Shown here: piece after piece, positions 1 through 12,855 of the stretch
Layout of the letters: each line of letters starts with the position of its first letter
Numbering within the stretch: position 1 is the first letter of the stretch
Origin: Callorhinchus milii
Taxonomy: Eukaryota
Assembly (NCBI RefSeq): GCF_018977255.1
Contig: NW_024704743.1
Coordinates: 113,214,001-113,278,000, forward strand
Length of the DNA stretch: 64,000 nucleotides
Direction of reading: 5' to 3'
Made by a program: the position numbers and the translations under genes
The notes under the pieces: generated by a model
Databases searched by the model: none
Seen by the model: only the letters and a program-made list of their open reading frames with translations
Told to the model about the DNA's origin: nothing

Positions 1-707
1 CAGTCAATTCACTTTACAGTATATGATGTGAGGTGCTTTGAGACGTCTCAAAGACGTGATGAGACTCTATATCAAATGCAAGGATTATTATTATTTACTT
101 TAGAGAGAAACCTCTTAACACTTTGCTTTGCAACTCCTACCTAAAACCCTACCTCTACAACAGTCTCCCCTACCCCCTTGCTTGGCATCTGATTCGTGAC
201 ATTATCCTGCTTGAAGATTGCTATATGAATGCAACATTTAAAAACTTGGATCATGTCTCATCTCAATCATCTTTTCTCAAAAAGAGACCTTGAATCTAAT
301 TCAAGGACAGAAAGGAAGAATACTGTTGCATTTCATGGATTTCATGTAAGAAAGCAACTGGTATATTTTGAGTTTAGAACCATCATAATCATCGTACTGC
401 ACTGGGATATAGCATTTCAGAATGTCTTGGAACATTGACTGAAATTTTGAGTATTCAGTGCTTTTGAGGGATTTCATATTAGTTTCATTTCTTGCTACTT
501 TGTTTCTAAAAGCTTTTAGTTTGCTGCCAGTTTATAAGTGAGACTTCTCCCAACAATTCTCCAATGCTGTAATTCCAACACCATTGTGGTATGTATGCAA
601 TTTAATGGAAGATATTATGATATACAATAAGTGCCCATTAAAGAGCGAAGTAATCGTCAGAGAGGTCATCACTTTTTAATATTTGGAGAGCATCACACTG
701 ATAAAGT

Positions 708-1026
708 GTGGAGTCCTGTAGCTCAGTGGTTAGAGCACTCGCTTTGCAAGTGAGAGACCTGAGTTCAATTCCAGGCAGGGCCAAACCTTGGGCAAGTTTC
801 CTTACTCCACACAGAGCCTAATAATAATCCCTCCAAAAAAAACCAAAACAATAATAAATTGGTCATTTTCAATCTACGACTGTTTGTGGGACATTGCTGT
901 GCGCAATTGGCTGCCGCGTTCGCCCACAAATATACAGTCAATTCACTTTACAGTGTGTTCTGTGAAGCGCTTTGGGACGTCCTCCCGACGTGAAAAGCGC
1001 TATAACAAATGCAAGGATTATTATTA
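708..1026 (+). mobile_element. Young tRNA-derived SINE, short subfamily, full length
   Basis: Head GTGGAGTCCTGTAGCTCAGTGGTTAGAGCA (A box) and GAGTTCAATTCC (B box); Deu-like body TGTTTGTGGGACATTGCTGTGCGCAATTGGCTGCC; tail GGGACGTCCTCCCGACGTGAAAAGCGCTAT followed by (ATT)n; near-identical copies across the window. Confidence 0.93.
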
Positions 1027-3469
1027 GTATAAATAATATGAATACACGGCATACTTACTGGCAGAATGTAATTGCTGTATTTGCAAATAATTCTCCCTGT
1101 AAATTGATTATTGTGCAGTTGTGAAATCACATTTGACATTGTGATCACATTGGATCCCATGTATTATCTATCTACTGTTTCTAACAATTCAGTCAGTGCC
1201 ACCAATGCAAAATTAATGCACAATTTCCCTAGGAGTATATACCGGTAATTATGTTATGATTAACAGTTTAAATATAGAAATGGCCTTATGGCAGATGAGT
1301 GAATGGGTTTAATTAGGCAGCAGTTTTCCTGCCTCTTCCCTATAAAGTATTTAATGACACTCTATTTAAAACTCAGTATCTGAAAATTATTGGAACTGAA
1401 ATAGACTGTAATTAAAAATCTAGCCCATTTTCCCATTTGAAACCAGCAACAAAGCCAGTATCAGGAGCCAACAAATGTCAGGCTGTGCACCAAGATAAAT
1501 TTGTGCTTACGACCTTATGCACCAACAGTACAACAAACAATAAGAATTCTTCTGTGTTATATTCCAAGACATTATATGATAAAGATCAATAATTCAATAA
1601 GACCACTGGTGACTGTAAACTAAAGTGGGTCATTCATTTTCCTAACATAGTGTAGGATGTAGCAATAAAGCTTGTACTGGTCATTTATCTGGATAGTTAT
1701 AGATCTACACAAATACAACACTTTAGATTGATTAACTCGGAGCGCCCACAAAGCAAGAATCTGACAATTGTGATATCTGCTCAGTCAATATCTAACCTGT
1801 CAAGTCGCATTTTGTTGCAATGTGAATATTGGGGATTCCCTGCAGTACCACAGTCTGCCAGAGGCAGGGGAAAGCATTGTGCAATCTCTGCTGCGTGCAA
1901 ATTCATCCCTTCCCATGTGGAATCACATCTCTCACAGAGATTGACAGAGAGCCCTCAAAAGGCCACAGCTCCAAATTATGTGGGAGCAATTTCATGACTA
2001 TGCTGGGTTGAATTTTTTTTACTCCGAAGGTAATTAATGACTAGTGTAGGTTACCAGAAAGGGTGGCTGTGCCAAGGACCCTGGGACTCATTTAAGAAAG
2101 AGCTTGATGCTATAACGAAAAGATGGCAGGATGGGAATCTGGAAGGCTGAGATTGCCTGACCTTTTCTTTTGACCTTTGGATAGGAAAGTAAACATTTCC
2201 TTCTGAGTATTGTGGCCCAGTGCTGTACCTCTGGCATCAACTACTTGACAAGTACTGGTGTCCATCATCCAGGTAATTGCCAGCTTTAGGTGAGTTACAT
2301 TATTCTTTGTGCGTCAGAGCTGTCAACAGCAGAGAAATGTTAAGGGATTGAGATTTAGGATCTAAAATCTGATTGAAGGACTTGGAGCTATGTTTACATT
2401 TTGGAGTGACATATATTCAAATCAGTCACAGTTTTAAATAGAAATATGAGACTTCCATTACTAATGAGTGAGATCTAACAGCTAGCCTGCGGGCCTATAA
2501 AAGAATAAACAATGAACAATACTTGACTTTCCCTGGAAGGTATTTTGCTCACAAAATACACCGGCAGTCACACTACTTTACAATATATCCTGTAAGTATA
2601 TAAACTTTGAAACATCTCGACGACATGATAAGGCGCTCTATCAAATGCAAGGATTATTATTAGTGCTTTTATTTATTTACTCAGAGGATAAAGATAATTA
2701 ACAAAGCGACCTGGAAAGGTTATCAGGAAGGGTGGCTAAGGCCAGGACAATGGACTCACATAAAAACCTACAGCTTGATGCAGTAGTGGGAATATGATCA
2801 GTAGGATGGATGGGTATTTTGGAAGGATGAGATCAAATCGGCTGAAGTGCCTTCTGCATCTGAACGATCTTGTGAAGTCATACCAAGTCAGCTGCTTCAC
2901 ACGATTAGGAGCAGAACACCCCCCCCCCCCCACCACTACCACCCCCCCACCACTAGTTCTCCTAGTTAGCTCATTAGCATTGAATGTTCAAAGCAAAATA
3001 TTCAGATTGTGAGATTTCCTTTTTATCTTCAAAAGCTAGAGGCTGCACTTATCCCTAGTGGCCACCATGTGTCACCCAAAGTCCAAATTAATGTAAACCG
3101 GGGAAAATTGTCTATGAATGGTCTATATTCCCATCATTTACCGTATTGTAATGCTGGTTGGCATCTTGGAAGTGTACAAATATAGCAGTTGCTATAATTA
3201 TAAGTCAGCAAGAAGCAATAGTGCAATTTTGCACCGCAATGCTGCAAAGAAATACTGTGAGAGCTTTTTAATGTTTTGCCCTGAAGTCCAGGAGAGCATG
3301 CATCAGTTATTCCAGGCTTTACCTTTCATTTTATTGTTAAATATTTAATAGGATTCTCACAAGGAGCACCACAAACTCTTCTTTAAAAAGGCAGTCTCAT
3401 CAACAATAACCATTTTACTGTCAAGACAGTTAAAAATGCAATTGGGAGAAATGGCAAACTGGTGCCTAC

Positions 3470-3810
3470 ATTGGTTTAGCACATTGTCCTTCCACCTCTG
3501 GGACAGGCTTCAAATACAGCCCAGATTGATCGAATAGAAGTCTCCCTTCTCTTGGCTCATGGGAGTATTATGGGAGTTTGGTTATTGCAATCCACCACCC
3601 AAACCTGGGATTAAAGTGGCAATCACACTCAGAGACCGCAACCGTTGTTGGGAGTGGTGTGGGTGAGGTGCTCTCCCAAAATTGGGATGAAGGGATCTTT
3701 TTAGACCAAGATTGATGTCAGTGCTGTCTGTGCTACACCTGCCTTGGAATTAAATTCTGATACAGGGGGCCTGGAATAGGAGTATTTTATTCCTCAGCAT
3801 TTCAGATATA
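3470..3810 (+). mobile_element. Old SINE relic, LF-SINE-like
   Basis: GTCCTTCCACCTCTGGGAC...TTCAAATACAGCCCAGATTG and GCTGTCTGTGCTACACCTG resemble the recalled LF-SINE consensus; related copies near 57115-57380 (+) and 41400-41690 (-). Confidence 0.45.
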
Positions 3811-3835
3811 ACCTACAGTGTCATGAACCAGAATT

Positions 3836-4150
3836 GCCAGCCTGGTTCAGCTGGTAGCTATCTCAGAGATAGGAATCAGAAGACTATGCCCCACATCTAG
3901 ACTAACACGCCTGCACTGTCCTGGGGGAACGTTGCATTATTAGAAGTGCTGTCCTTCAGATGAGAGATTAAACTTGTTCAGGTAGATGTTAAAGATCCCG
4001 TGGCACTATTTCAAAAGAGAAGGGAGAAGGTATCCTGGCCATTAATTTCCATATAAAATTGATCATTCACCTCATGGCTGTTTGTGGGACATTGCTGTGC
4101 TCAAATTGCCTGCTGTATTTCCCTACAAAATGCAATCACTGAACTTTACA
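3836..4150 (+). mobile_element. Older SacSINE1-like (Deu-domain) SINE
   Basis: GCCAGCCTGGTTCAG head, TTCAGATGAGAGATTAAAC, GTTAAAGATCCCGTGGCACTATTT and Deu-like GTTTGTGGGACATTGCTGTG. Confidence 0.75.
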
Positions 4151-4187
4151 GCTGAAATGGGGGGTGGGGGTTACGGTGGCTAAAAGT

Positions 4188-4503
4188 AGTCCTGTAGCTC
4201 AGTGGTTAGAGCACTCGCTTTCCAAGTGAGAGACCTGGGTTCAATTCCCGGCAGGGTAAAACCTTGAGCAAGTTTCCTTACTCCACATGCCTGATAATAA
4301 ACCCTCAAGAAAAAAAAAAAAATTGGTCAATTCAATCCACAATTGTTTGTGGGACACTGCTGTGCGCAATTGACTACCGCATTTCGCCCACCAATATACA
4401 GTCAATTCACTTTACAGCCTATTCTGTGAAGCGCTTTGAGACATCAAGAAGATGTGAAAAGCGCTACATCAAATGCAAGGATTATTATTATTATTTATTA
4501 TTA
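4188..4503 (+). mobile_element. Young tRNA-derived SINE, short subfamily
   Basis: Same head, body and tail as 708-1026, slightly more diverged. Confidence 0.9.
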
Positions 4504-5924
4504 AAAGTGCAGTTGAAAGAATGGCAGATTTTGAAGGCAAGAAGGACGGAAGCAAAGCGGAGGGAATGGAAAAAATTCAAGTTTACACATTGTGACACTG
4601 ACCCAAGCACTAATAATTCTAATATAACCAACCAGAACAAAATCACATAATAATAATAATAATAATGCTTGCATTTGATATAGAGCCTTACCAACATGCA
4701 TGTAATTCTGCAAGAGCTGCTCTTTACAGTTGTATCAGTTAAAACAATAATGCACAGGTGAACTGTAACCTTCACATTCCCAATTCATAACCACCTGGTT
4801 AACTTATAAACATTCCCCGCTGAGCGCTGACATTTCACATTTCTTGTGCTACTGAAACTTCCTCTAGGTTTAATCAACCATTACAGCTCGGAAGGGAAAA
4901 TTGCAATTGAAAAGGGGACTTATTCATGAATCTCCTTTTGTTTGGAGGGCAGTTCAAGGACAGATATGGTGAAACACAGCTGTGCACTTGCACTGAGTGG
5001 GAAATAAAAGACTGTTAGATTGTGAGGGAACCATTTCCTTATGTTACACATATTATTTGGTGGGAGGAGCGGGTCAAAGTGGCCCAAATCTTACTCACAC
5101 TTGATTGTATAAACGCAGCATATTCTGTACTCTAAATTGGCCCTAAATCTATCTCCAGTAAAGGCAGGATTGTTGAAATCAGCTTGCGTTTTAACCCTTT
5201 GAGTTCTGGCAAAGTTCAAGAGAGAATTTCCGGTTTACACACTAAGACCATCAAACAAGCACTAATATTATTAATATTTCCTTCTGACTACATCTCATTT
5301 GCCTTTCGTGTCAAGATCATAAAAAAAAGGCCATTCAGCCCCTCAAATGCACTCAATCCTTCAGAAGAAGCAAAACCTACCGTATGGTGAATATGAACCC
5401 ACCACTCTCTCTGCTCCAGGATTGAATTCCCAATGCCAAGGAAATAAATAGATTATCAGTTTCCTGAGTGAAGAATCATATATCCTTCTATTTGTCATAA
5501 ACCATCTATGTTCTTGAACTCGTTGAACCTTAGGGGTGAATCCGATATGACATGAGAGAATTGTTGGTACTTTAGTTCTGCCTGATGCGACTTGACATTA
5601 TAATTCTGTTTGTAATTTTGATGAGATCCACATGGATTGCCTTTGGCAATATCAGATTTACTGTTTGGAGCGTCAGCCTCTCTAAGTGGAATGCCACTTG
5701 GGATTTATGAGGTAAATGTGGTGCAATCCAGTCACTTAAGTGGGTCGTTAAGGTCTGCAAAGATTTCTTTATTCCATGCCTACCTTACAGTTTGAAATTA
5801 ACCGCTTACAAAACAAAGTTATGGAAGTAATTGGTCAGAGTGGCAGTACATTAAATTTCAAGGTTTTTTAACAAAACCATCTGGAAGAATTTCCGAAAGT
5901 CACAGACTATCCTTTTATACAGAC

Positions 5925-6112
5925 TGTATTTTGTGGGCGATTATCCACTTTATCCACAAAATATACAACAACAAGATTACATTTGTACAGCATCTTTCAT
6001 GTCAGGAGGACGTCCCAAGGCGCTGTACAGTCAATTCACTTTACAGTATTGAGACATCTGACCAAGGTGATAAGACGCTAAATCAAATGCAAGGATTGCT
6101 ATTATTATTATT
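5925..6112 (+). mobile_element. SINE 3' fragment interrupted by a ~60 bp antisense L2 tail (about 5966-6025)
   Basis: SINE AAATATACA|GTCAATTCAC is split by (AAC)n-AAGATTACATTTGTACAG...GGACGTCCCAAGGCGCTG, with TACA on both sides. Confidence 0.75.
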
Positions 6113-6607
6113 TAGTCTTCCAAGTCATACTATGCTGGACTCGGAATAGCTCCTGTTACCAAACACCAACTTGTAACCAAGTGTCAGCAAGGATCTTCTG
6201 GTTCCAGATTCTATATTGAACTCAAAACACTCAAATTATTCATTATCCTAATTTATTTTAGGGACAAATCTGATAAGGACTGTTTAAGACAGTTTTTGAA
6301 TCAGTTGGTGACCAATATTTCTGTACTGCTCTGTTGCTAAGTGACTAACTGTACCAATGGGTAAAATCTTATTTATTTTAGTTTTTTTAAATTAGCTTTT
6401 TACCTTGTCCTTTCTTTTCCTGTTTTGCATTTTTTGGTGTGCGTTATGAAAGAGACGGTTGGTAGGGGGTGTGCACAGTGGTTGTGACAGAGCTATTCTG
6501 AAATGAAAGGTTGCAGAACATAGCAAGTTTGGGAGTCTGGGAGAGAGAAGGGGGTGGGTTAGCACAATGGCAGCTCTGTGTTTTGAACTGAACATTTTTG
6601 GATATGC

Positions 6608-6927
6608 GTGGAGTCCTGTAGCTCAGTGGTTAGAGCACTCGCTTTGCAAGTGAGAGACCTGAGTTCAATTCCAGGCAGGGCGAAACCTTGGGCAAGTTTC
6701 GTTACTCCACACGCCTAACAATAATCCCTCCAAAAAACAAAAACAATAATTAAATTGGTCATTTTCAATCTATGACTGTTTGTGGGACATTGCTGTGCGC
6801 AATTGGCTGCCGCGTTCGCCCACAAATATACAGTCAACTCACTTTACAGTGTATTCTGTGAAGCGCTTTGGGACGTCCTCCCGACGTGAAAAGCGCTATA
6901 TCAAATGCAAGGATTATTATTATTATT
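6608..6927 (+). mobile_element. Young tRNA-derived SINE, short subfamily, full length
   Basis: Near identity to 708-1026. Confidence 0.93.
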
Positions 6928-8276
6928 GAAGTGAAGTCTACTCTATAGTATTTTTAAATCTGCGTCGCACCCTATTTATTTCTATGGGAGTCTTTTATCT
7001 AAGACATAACAAGAAAATATTTTGAGTGCTGTAAATGAAAGGGTATGTCAACTCATTAGTTGTCTCAATGACTAACTAATGACTGTCCTTCTGGAAGTGA
7101 GAGGGAAGGTAATTGAGATTATCTTTGAGACTCAGTTGGTGCCAAGGTGACTTGCCTGGCAATGGAATATTGTAAAACCCCAAATACTGCAACAATGGGT
7201 TAATCCAAAGATACTGTCTGACCTGCTGAGGGTTCCCAGCGACTTCTGTTTTTGTTAATGGAATATTGTAATTGAATCGATCCTCTGTGGTACCTGAGCC
7301 AGACCATATGCAATAATCCAAAGTATTCTTGACAATGGACCTTCCAGCAAGAATTAGTAGACAAAAACAACTTGCATTTATATAATGCCCTTCACACGGG
7401 GTAGTGTCTTGGAATTCAAGTCAACCAAGCCCCAAAAAGTCCAATTACAGAGAGCAGGGATTCTTCCCACTTGACTCCTTAATAGTTGCTTAATAGATTT
7501 CCAATCCCCTCCTAAGTTTCCTGATATGTTCTTTCTTTATTTTCTCCCTATTCCACATATTCACACTCGATGGAAAGCAATGAAATCTGAATAGTTTTTT
7601 TTTCCAATTCTGGATGTGTGACATATTACGTTTGTATCTCAAAGATTTCAATACAGTCACTTCTCCCGTCCTCCACTCCCACTCCCCCAACAAGTTTTAG
7701 GAATTTTGTGAACACTACAGAAAAATACACACACCAATAAAGCTCTGGATGAGCATCTAAATGGGTTGTGAAATATCAGTCCTACACTTAGCCACAAAGT
7801 GTTTTGCACAAAGGGTAGCGTAGAGAGAGATAAGATGAATAAAACATCCAAGGCTCTTTTGCCTGGTTACTTCTTTTGGTCTAGTGAAATCATTGCTGAA
7901 ATGTTTTATGTTTCCTTCTGCCTTTGACTCTGGTGGTATTGAATTACTGTACTACACAGAGGGTGGATAAGACAACAACAATTCCATCTGTATCGTGCCC
8001 CCTCATTTAAGATGTTTCTCATTGTTTCACAGGAACGGTGTCAGAGGCCAAACAAGGTAGAGTGTCTGTAGGTGCAGTCAAAGAGGTAGGTTTTTAGGTG
8101 GGATTAAAGACAGTTAGTGAGGAGGTGATACACAATGGTGGAGGGAGTTCCAAGGTTAGGGATGCAATTGCTGAAAGCTTGGCCACCGATGATGGAGATG
8201 CTCAAACTAAGGGATGAGGAGGTTGCAAATATTTTCTACAAACCAGTGGCCACGACTGTTTTAGGTGGACATATAC

Positions 8277-8661
8277 AATAATAATATAATAATAATCCTT
8301 GAATTTGATATGGCGCCTTATCACGTCTTCGAGACGTCCCAAAGTGCTTCACAGAATATTCTGTGAAGTGAATTAACTGCATATTTTGTGGGCAAAACAC
8401 AGGAACCAATTGCACACAGCAGTGTCTCACAAAGAGTTTTGGATTGAAGTGACCAATTTATTATTATTATTTTTTTGAAGGAATTATTACCCCTGGAAAA
8501 GCGATCCGCCAATCGACTAACAACCGGGTTCTTACTTACTGCTAGGTAAACAGAGGCATGTGGAGTAAGGAAACTTGCCCAACATTTTGCCCTGCTGGGA
8601 ATCGAACCAGGTTCTCTCGCTTGTGAGGCGAGTGCTCTAACCACTGAGCAACAGGGCTCCA
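8277..8661 (-). mobile_element. tRNA-derived SINE, long subfamily
   Basis: Reverse complement has head, internal CCTCTGTTTACCTAGCAGTAAGTAAGAACCCGGTTGTTAG segment, Deu-like body and (ATT)n tail. Confidence 0.88.
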
Positions 8662-10954
8662 TGTAAAAGAACAGTTTGCTGGGTTTAACATCTGAAACTC
8701 CTTTTGACATTCCAACATGATAAAATGTTATGAAAATAATAATATGGTAAAATAATAATCCTTGTATTTGATATAGTGCTTTATCAATTTGTTGAGATGG
8801 CTCAAAGTGCTTCACAGAATATATCGTAAAGTGGATTGACTGTATTTTATGAGCAATACGTGACAGCCAATTGCGCACAGCAGTGTCCCACAAACAGTCG
8901 TGGATTGGTTCTGTGGTGAGCTCTTTAAAGAGAATTTCTGAAACCTGTGTAAATGGGCACAATTAACCGTCACTGAAAATTCCCTCTTTTATGGGTTCAT
9001 CTATTTTGCTCCTGAAACATCCTCTTCTTTTCTTCCTTCATTGACACAAAGCTGCTGCACCCATGCTATTCTTTGATACATTTTCAACAAGGCTATTACT
9101 CTCAACAGCGATGATCATAACTAGAGCCACTTCAGTCTGACTCAGTAATAATAATCCTTGCATTTGATATAGGGCTTCATCACATCATTGAGATATCTCA
9201 AAGCGCTTCACAGGACATACTGTAAAATGTAGAAACTGTGTATTTTGTAGCTGAAAGTGGCAACGAAGATGCACACAGCAATGTCCCACAAACAACCAGA
9301 AAGTGAATGAGTAATCTTATCTGGGGATTGTTGGCCAGGATACAGGAAGATAATTGACTTGTAGTCAAAGACAAGCATGTACAAGAAAGAATAAACTCTG
9401 CATTCTTTAAGCTTGATACATTTTTTAAAAAAATATTCCTTTATGCAGCAACTGGTGCAACATATGTGAAGAGGAGATGCATCTGAACTGAAAGCAATTA
9501 ATCAATATAACTTGTGGTTCTCTCTATTAAAGCTAGGAATCAATAGCATAATTTTTCAAGGACTTTTACAATTCACAGACACTATTTCATTCACCTTTTC
9601 ATTTTTATATGAAGAGGGACATTTGTGTCTCCAGTGACTTTCATGGTTGGTGAAGTTATTCCTCATAAAGCATGCTGATTAATGAGTAAATTATCACTGA
9701 GCTAATGAAGATTGTACCTTCGTAAGCAAGAGTCAGCAACACAATTTAATCCAGATTCATCTGTTTCCAAGAAAAATGACTTACGCATTTTGGCTGCTCT
9801 ACCTTTCAGGGCTTTGCCTGTGAGATTGTAGACATGTCTATACCACTATAGATGAGACCCCAGTTTAATATCTCATCCAAAGGACAGGACTTTCAAAAAA
9901 GCAACACTCCCCCTGTGGAGTACATTGGAGCACTGATCTAGACTGTGAGTTCAAAGTCATAACGGAGAGCTTCGAGCCACGACCTTAACATGTCACAGGC
10001 CATCGTTTTCACCCCATTGTCTTTCAAGATAATTTACCAGGTTGGTAAACAGAGGGCAGTGCGATGATCAGTGACCCAACAATGTAACTGTATTTCTGAT
10101 CAAGTGCCCCATTAATAGTTTAATTCATAAAGAAATTGAGAAGATTACATACAGCAGATATAGCATCTCATCCAAAGGCCAGGACTTCCAAAAGCGCCAG
10201 ACTAAACTCTCCAACATATTGTAGTATTGCATTGCAGTTCTGGGACGCACACAGATCCACATGCACAAAAAATGGATCTGTTTCATTTTAACAAAGAAAT
10301 TGAAGAGAGGAGACCTCATTTTTGAATTAACCAGATATCTTTGTATTTACACTGGACACATGTATAAAGAAGTTTCCTGATATGCATGCAAGCCACAGCT
10401 GATCACAGAACCACTTGAGATTCTCTTACAAAGGTTTATTCTTCACCATTACCTATCCACACCATGTAAGCATGAAGAATATCCATTTCAGTTCTCAACA
10501 CAAACCACTTTGCCTCATTACTCAGATGAAACATATGCTTGTGATACATAAATTATTTTTAATGGAATTTTTTACCATTGATTTATGCTTGTGTTGCTGA
10601 ACTATACACAAATATCATCCTCAATATATATTAATGAATACACATGCTTAATTTTCAGTCAGTGGTGGTGATTCAGTGATAATATTAAAGGCACCGATTA
10701 CATTAATCAAATGTTGTCCAGACGACTGTGGCTCCCAAACTGTCAAGTTAATAGTCACAAATAAATCAGAAACATCTCTTGTTGCTACATCTCAATAAGT
10801 TTCAATCATATGCATCATTTGAATTTCGAATAAAGTGTTTTCAGTTTCTGTTAGTATGAATTCTTGTTCTCTTGGTCTAAGGCGGTGATTTTTAATGGAA
10901 GTAGAAGCAATTTTGATGATGTTAAAGATAAATCTTCATAATGTATACAAAAAA

Positions 10955-11395
10955 AAGCTGTGAAGTGAATGAGCAATTTTATCTGGGGGATTTTTGGCCA
11001 GGAGAAATGTCCTTCTCTGTTAAAATACAACAACTTGCATTTATGTAGTGGGCTTCATGAGGTAGCGTCTCAGAGCATGTAAAGGTGTCAGAGCTTGATG
11101 CCGAGTCAGGAGGTGGGGAGGTGGCCATAGGCACGGTCAAAGAGGAAAGTCTTCTGGTGCAATCTGAAGACAGGCAAAAAGGGATGCCATGGGATCTTTA
11201 ACGATCACCTGAATAGGCAGATTGGACCTCAGTTTAATGTCACATCCAAAGTACAACATCTCTGACAATACATCGCTCCCCCAGCACGTGAGTGTCAGCC
11301 TAGACTGTGAGTTTAATGTCCTGGCATGGGTCTTGAACCCACATTCATCTGACTCAGAAGTAAGAATGTTCCCAACTGAACCAGGTTGTCACGCA
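10955..11395 (-). mobile_element. Older SacSINE1-like SINE with an inserted L2 3' fragment (about 11028-11180)
   Basis: GCCATGGGATCTTTAAC, GTGTCAGCCTAGA and CTGACTCAGAAG motifs; (AAC)n-TTGCATTTATGTAG L2 tail inside. Confidence 0.7.
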
Positions 11396-12451
11396 GGCTT
11401 AACATCTTGAGAAAGTCACACATGGCTCTTCTTCCTCTCCAGCTATGAACCTTGGCAAGCATCTCTGATGAAGTCAGCTCTCTTTTAATGACAACTGCAT
11501 TTTATGGTTCTCGTTTTTTCTCCCTTTTAGTTTCAATGTGTATTCTGTTTCCAAAATAATAGTTCCTATATAATTAATCCAGTAAAATGCTATGTATGGA
11601 TGGAATCCAGAAAAAATAACATGAAAAGCTTTTCATGAAGCCTTTATTAAGTTGTACTTTAAGTAGCTTCTTTATCACTAACTCATAAAATGCATGTCGT
11701 GTGACCTGGTTACAAATCATTGCAGCACTCCTGATTAATCTGGAGCGCTCCTAACAGTCCTTACAAAATGAATGCACAGCTACGTGTTTTGCTGGTCAGT
11801 CACTTGCAACGAATTGATGGCTTGTAAAAAGTAGACCCTTTCCTAGCTCTGCGACTTGAGAATAGTGGGATGAAGCAGAGTTCAATTAGGATTTTATAGC
11901 TCCCCTTTAAACGGCATGTAAGGGAATAATATCAGTTTGAGCAGTCACCAAAGCTTGCAGCTCACAGGTAATATCAAGACTATGTTTTCGAAACAGAGAG
12001 AAGTCTGGCTAAAGAAGTTACAGTATAAACTCGATGCTATAGTTTTACAAGTTTTAAAATGATGAAATGTCAGGCCTTATGGTAATTGCATTTGATATAG
12101 CGCTTTTCACGTCTTCTAGACCTCTCAAAGCGCTTCACAGAATATACTGTAAGTGAATTGACTATATTTTGCGGGTGAAACGTGGCAGCCAATTGCGCAC
12201 AGCAGTGTCCCACAAACAGTCGTGGATGAGTGACCAAATTATTACTTTTTTACAGTTTATATCTAACTTTTATATCAGCTAACCATTTTATTTGATGTGC
12301 TTAAATTATCATGAGCCTCATTTGTGTTCCAGTTCAGTAAGTGAGGCTCATGACATATCATTATATCGATATTTTCACTCCGTCGTGAAAAATAACTTCC
12401 AAAAGGGAATTGGACATATACTTGAAAATAGAAAAATGTGCGACTAATTGG

Positions 12452-12777
12452 ATAATAATAATAATAATAATCCTTGCATTTGATATAGCGCTTTTCACGT
12501 CGGGAGGACGTCCCAAAGCGCTTCACAGAACACACTGTAAAGTGAATTGACTGTATATTTGTGTGCGAACGCGGCAGCCAATTGCGCACAGCAATGTCCC
12601 ACAAACAATCATATGGATTGAAAATGACCAATTTATTATTGTTTTGTTTTTTTGGAGGGATTATTATTAGGCGTGTGGAGTAAGGAAACTTGCCCAAGGT
12701 TTCGCCCTGCCTGGAATTGAACTCAGGTCTCTCACTTGCAAAGCGAGTGCTCTAACCACTGAGCCACAGGACTCCAC
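12452..12777 (-). mobile_element. Young tRNA-derived SINE, short subfamily, full length
   Basis: Reverse complement is near-identical to 6608-6927. Confidence 0.93.
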
Positions 12778-12789
12778 AGTCCACAACAG

Positions 12790-12855
12790 GATGGCTATTT
12801 CAAAGAGCCGGCACTGCCACATTGGGCCAAATGGCTCTCTTCTGTGCTGTAGAAA
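12790..12855 (+). mobile_element. CR1 LINE 3' terminal fragment
   Basis: TTTCAAAGAGCCGGCAC...GGGCCAAATGGCTCTCTTCTGTGCTGTA matches the reverse complement of the CR1 3' end at 17640-17700. Confidence 0.75.

Noticed and set aside
708..783. tRNA-Ala-like gene (and similar heads of other copies)
   Set aside because: It is the SINE head: it runs directly into the SINE body, and the anticodon region varies among copies (TGC, CGC, CAC).
788..1027. Recurrent small ORFs of the type MGKFPYST...KCKDYYY, suggesting a peptide gene family
   Set aside because: They are translations of SINE copies, with frames breaking differently in each copy.
9785..9817. 33 nt minus-strand micro-exon (GKALKGRAAKM)
   Set aside because: Splice-like signals only; too short to distinguish from chance.
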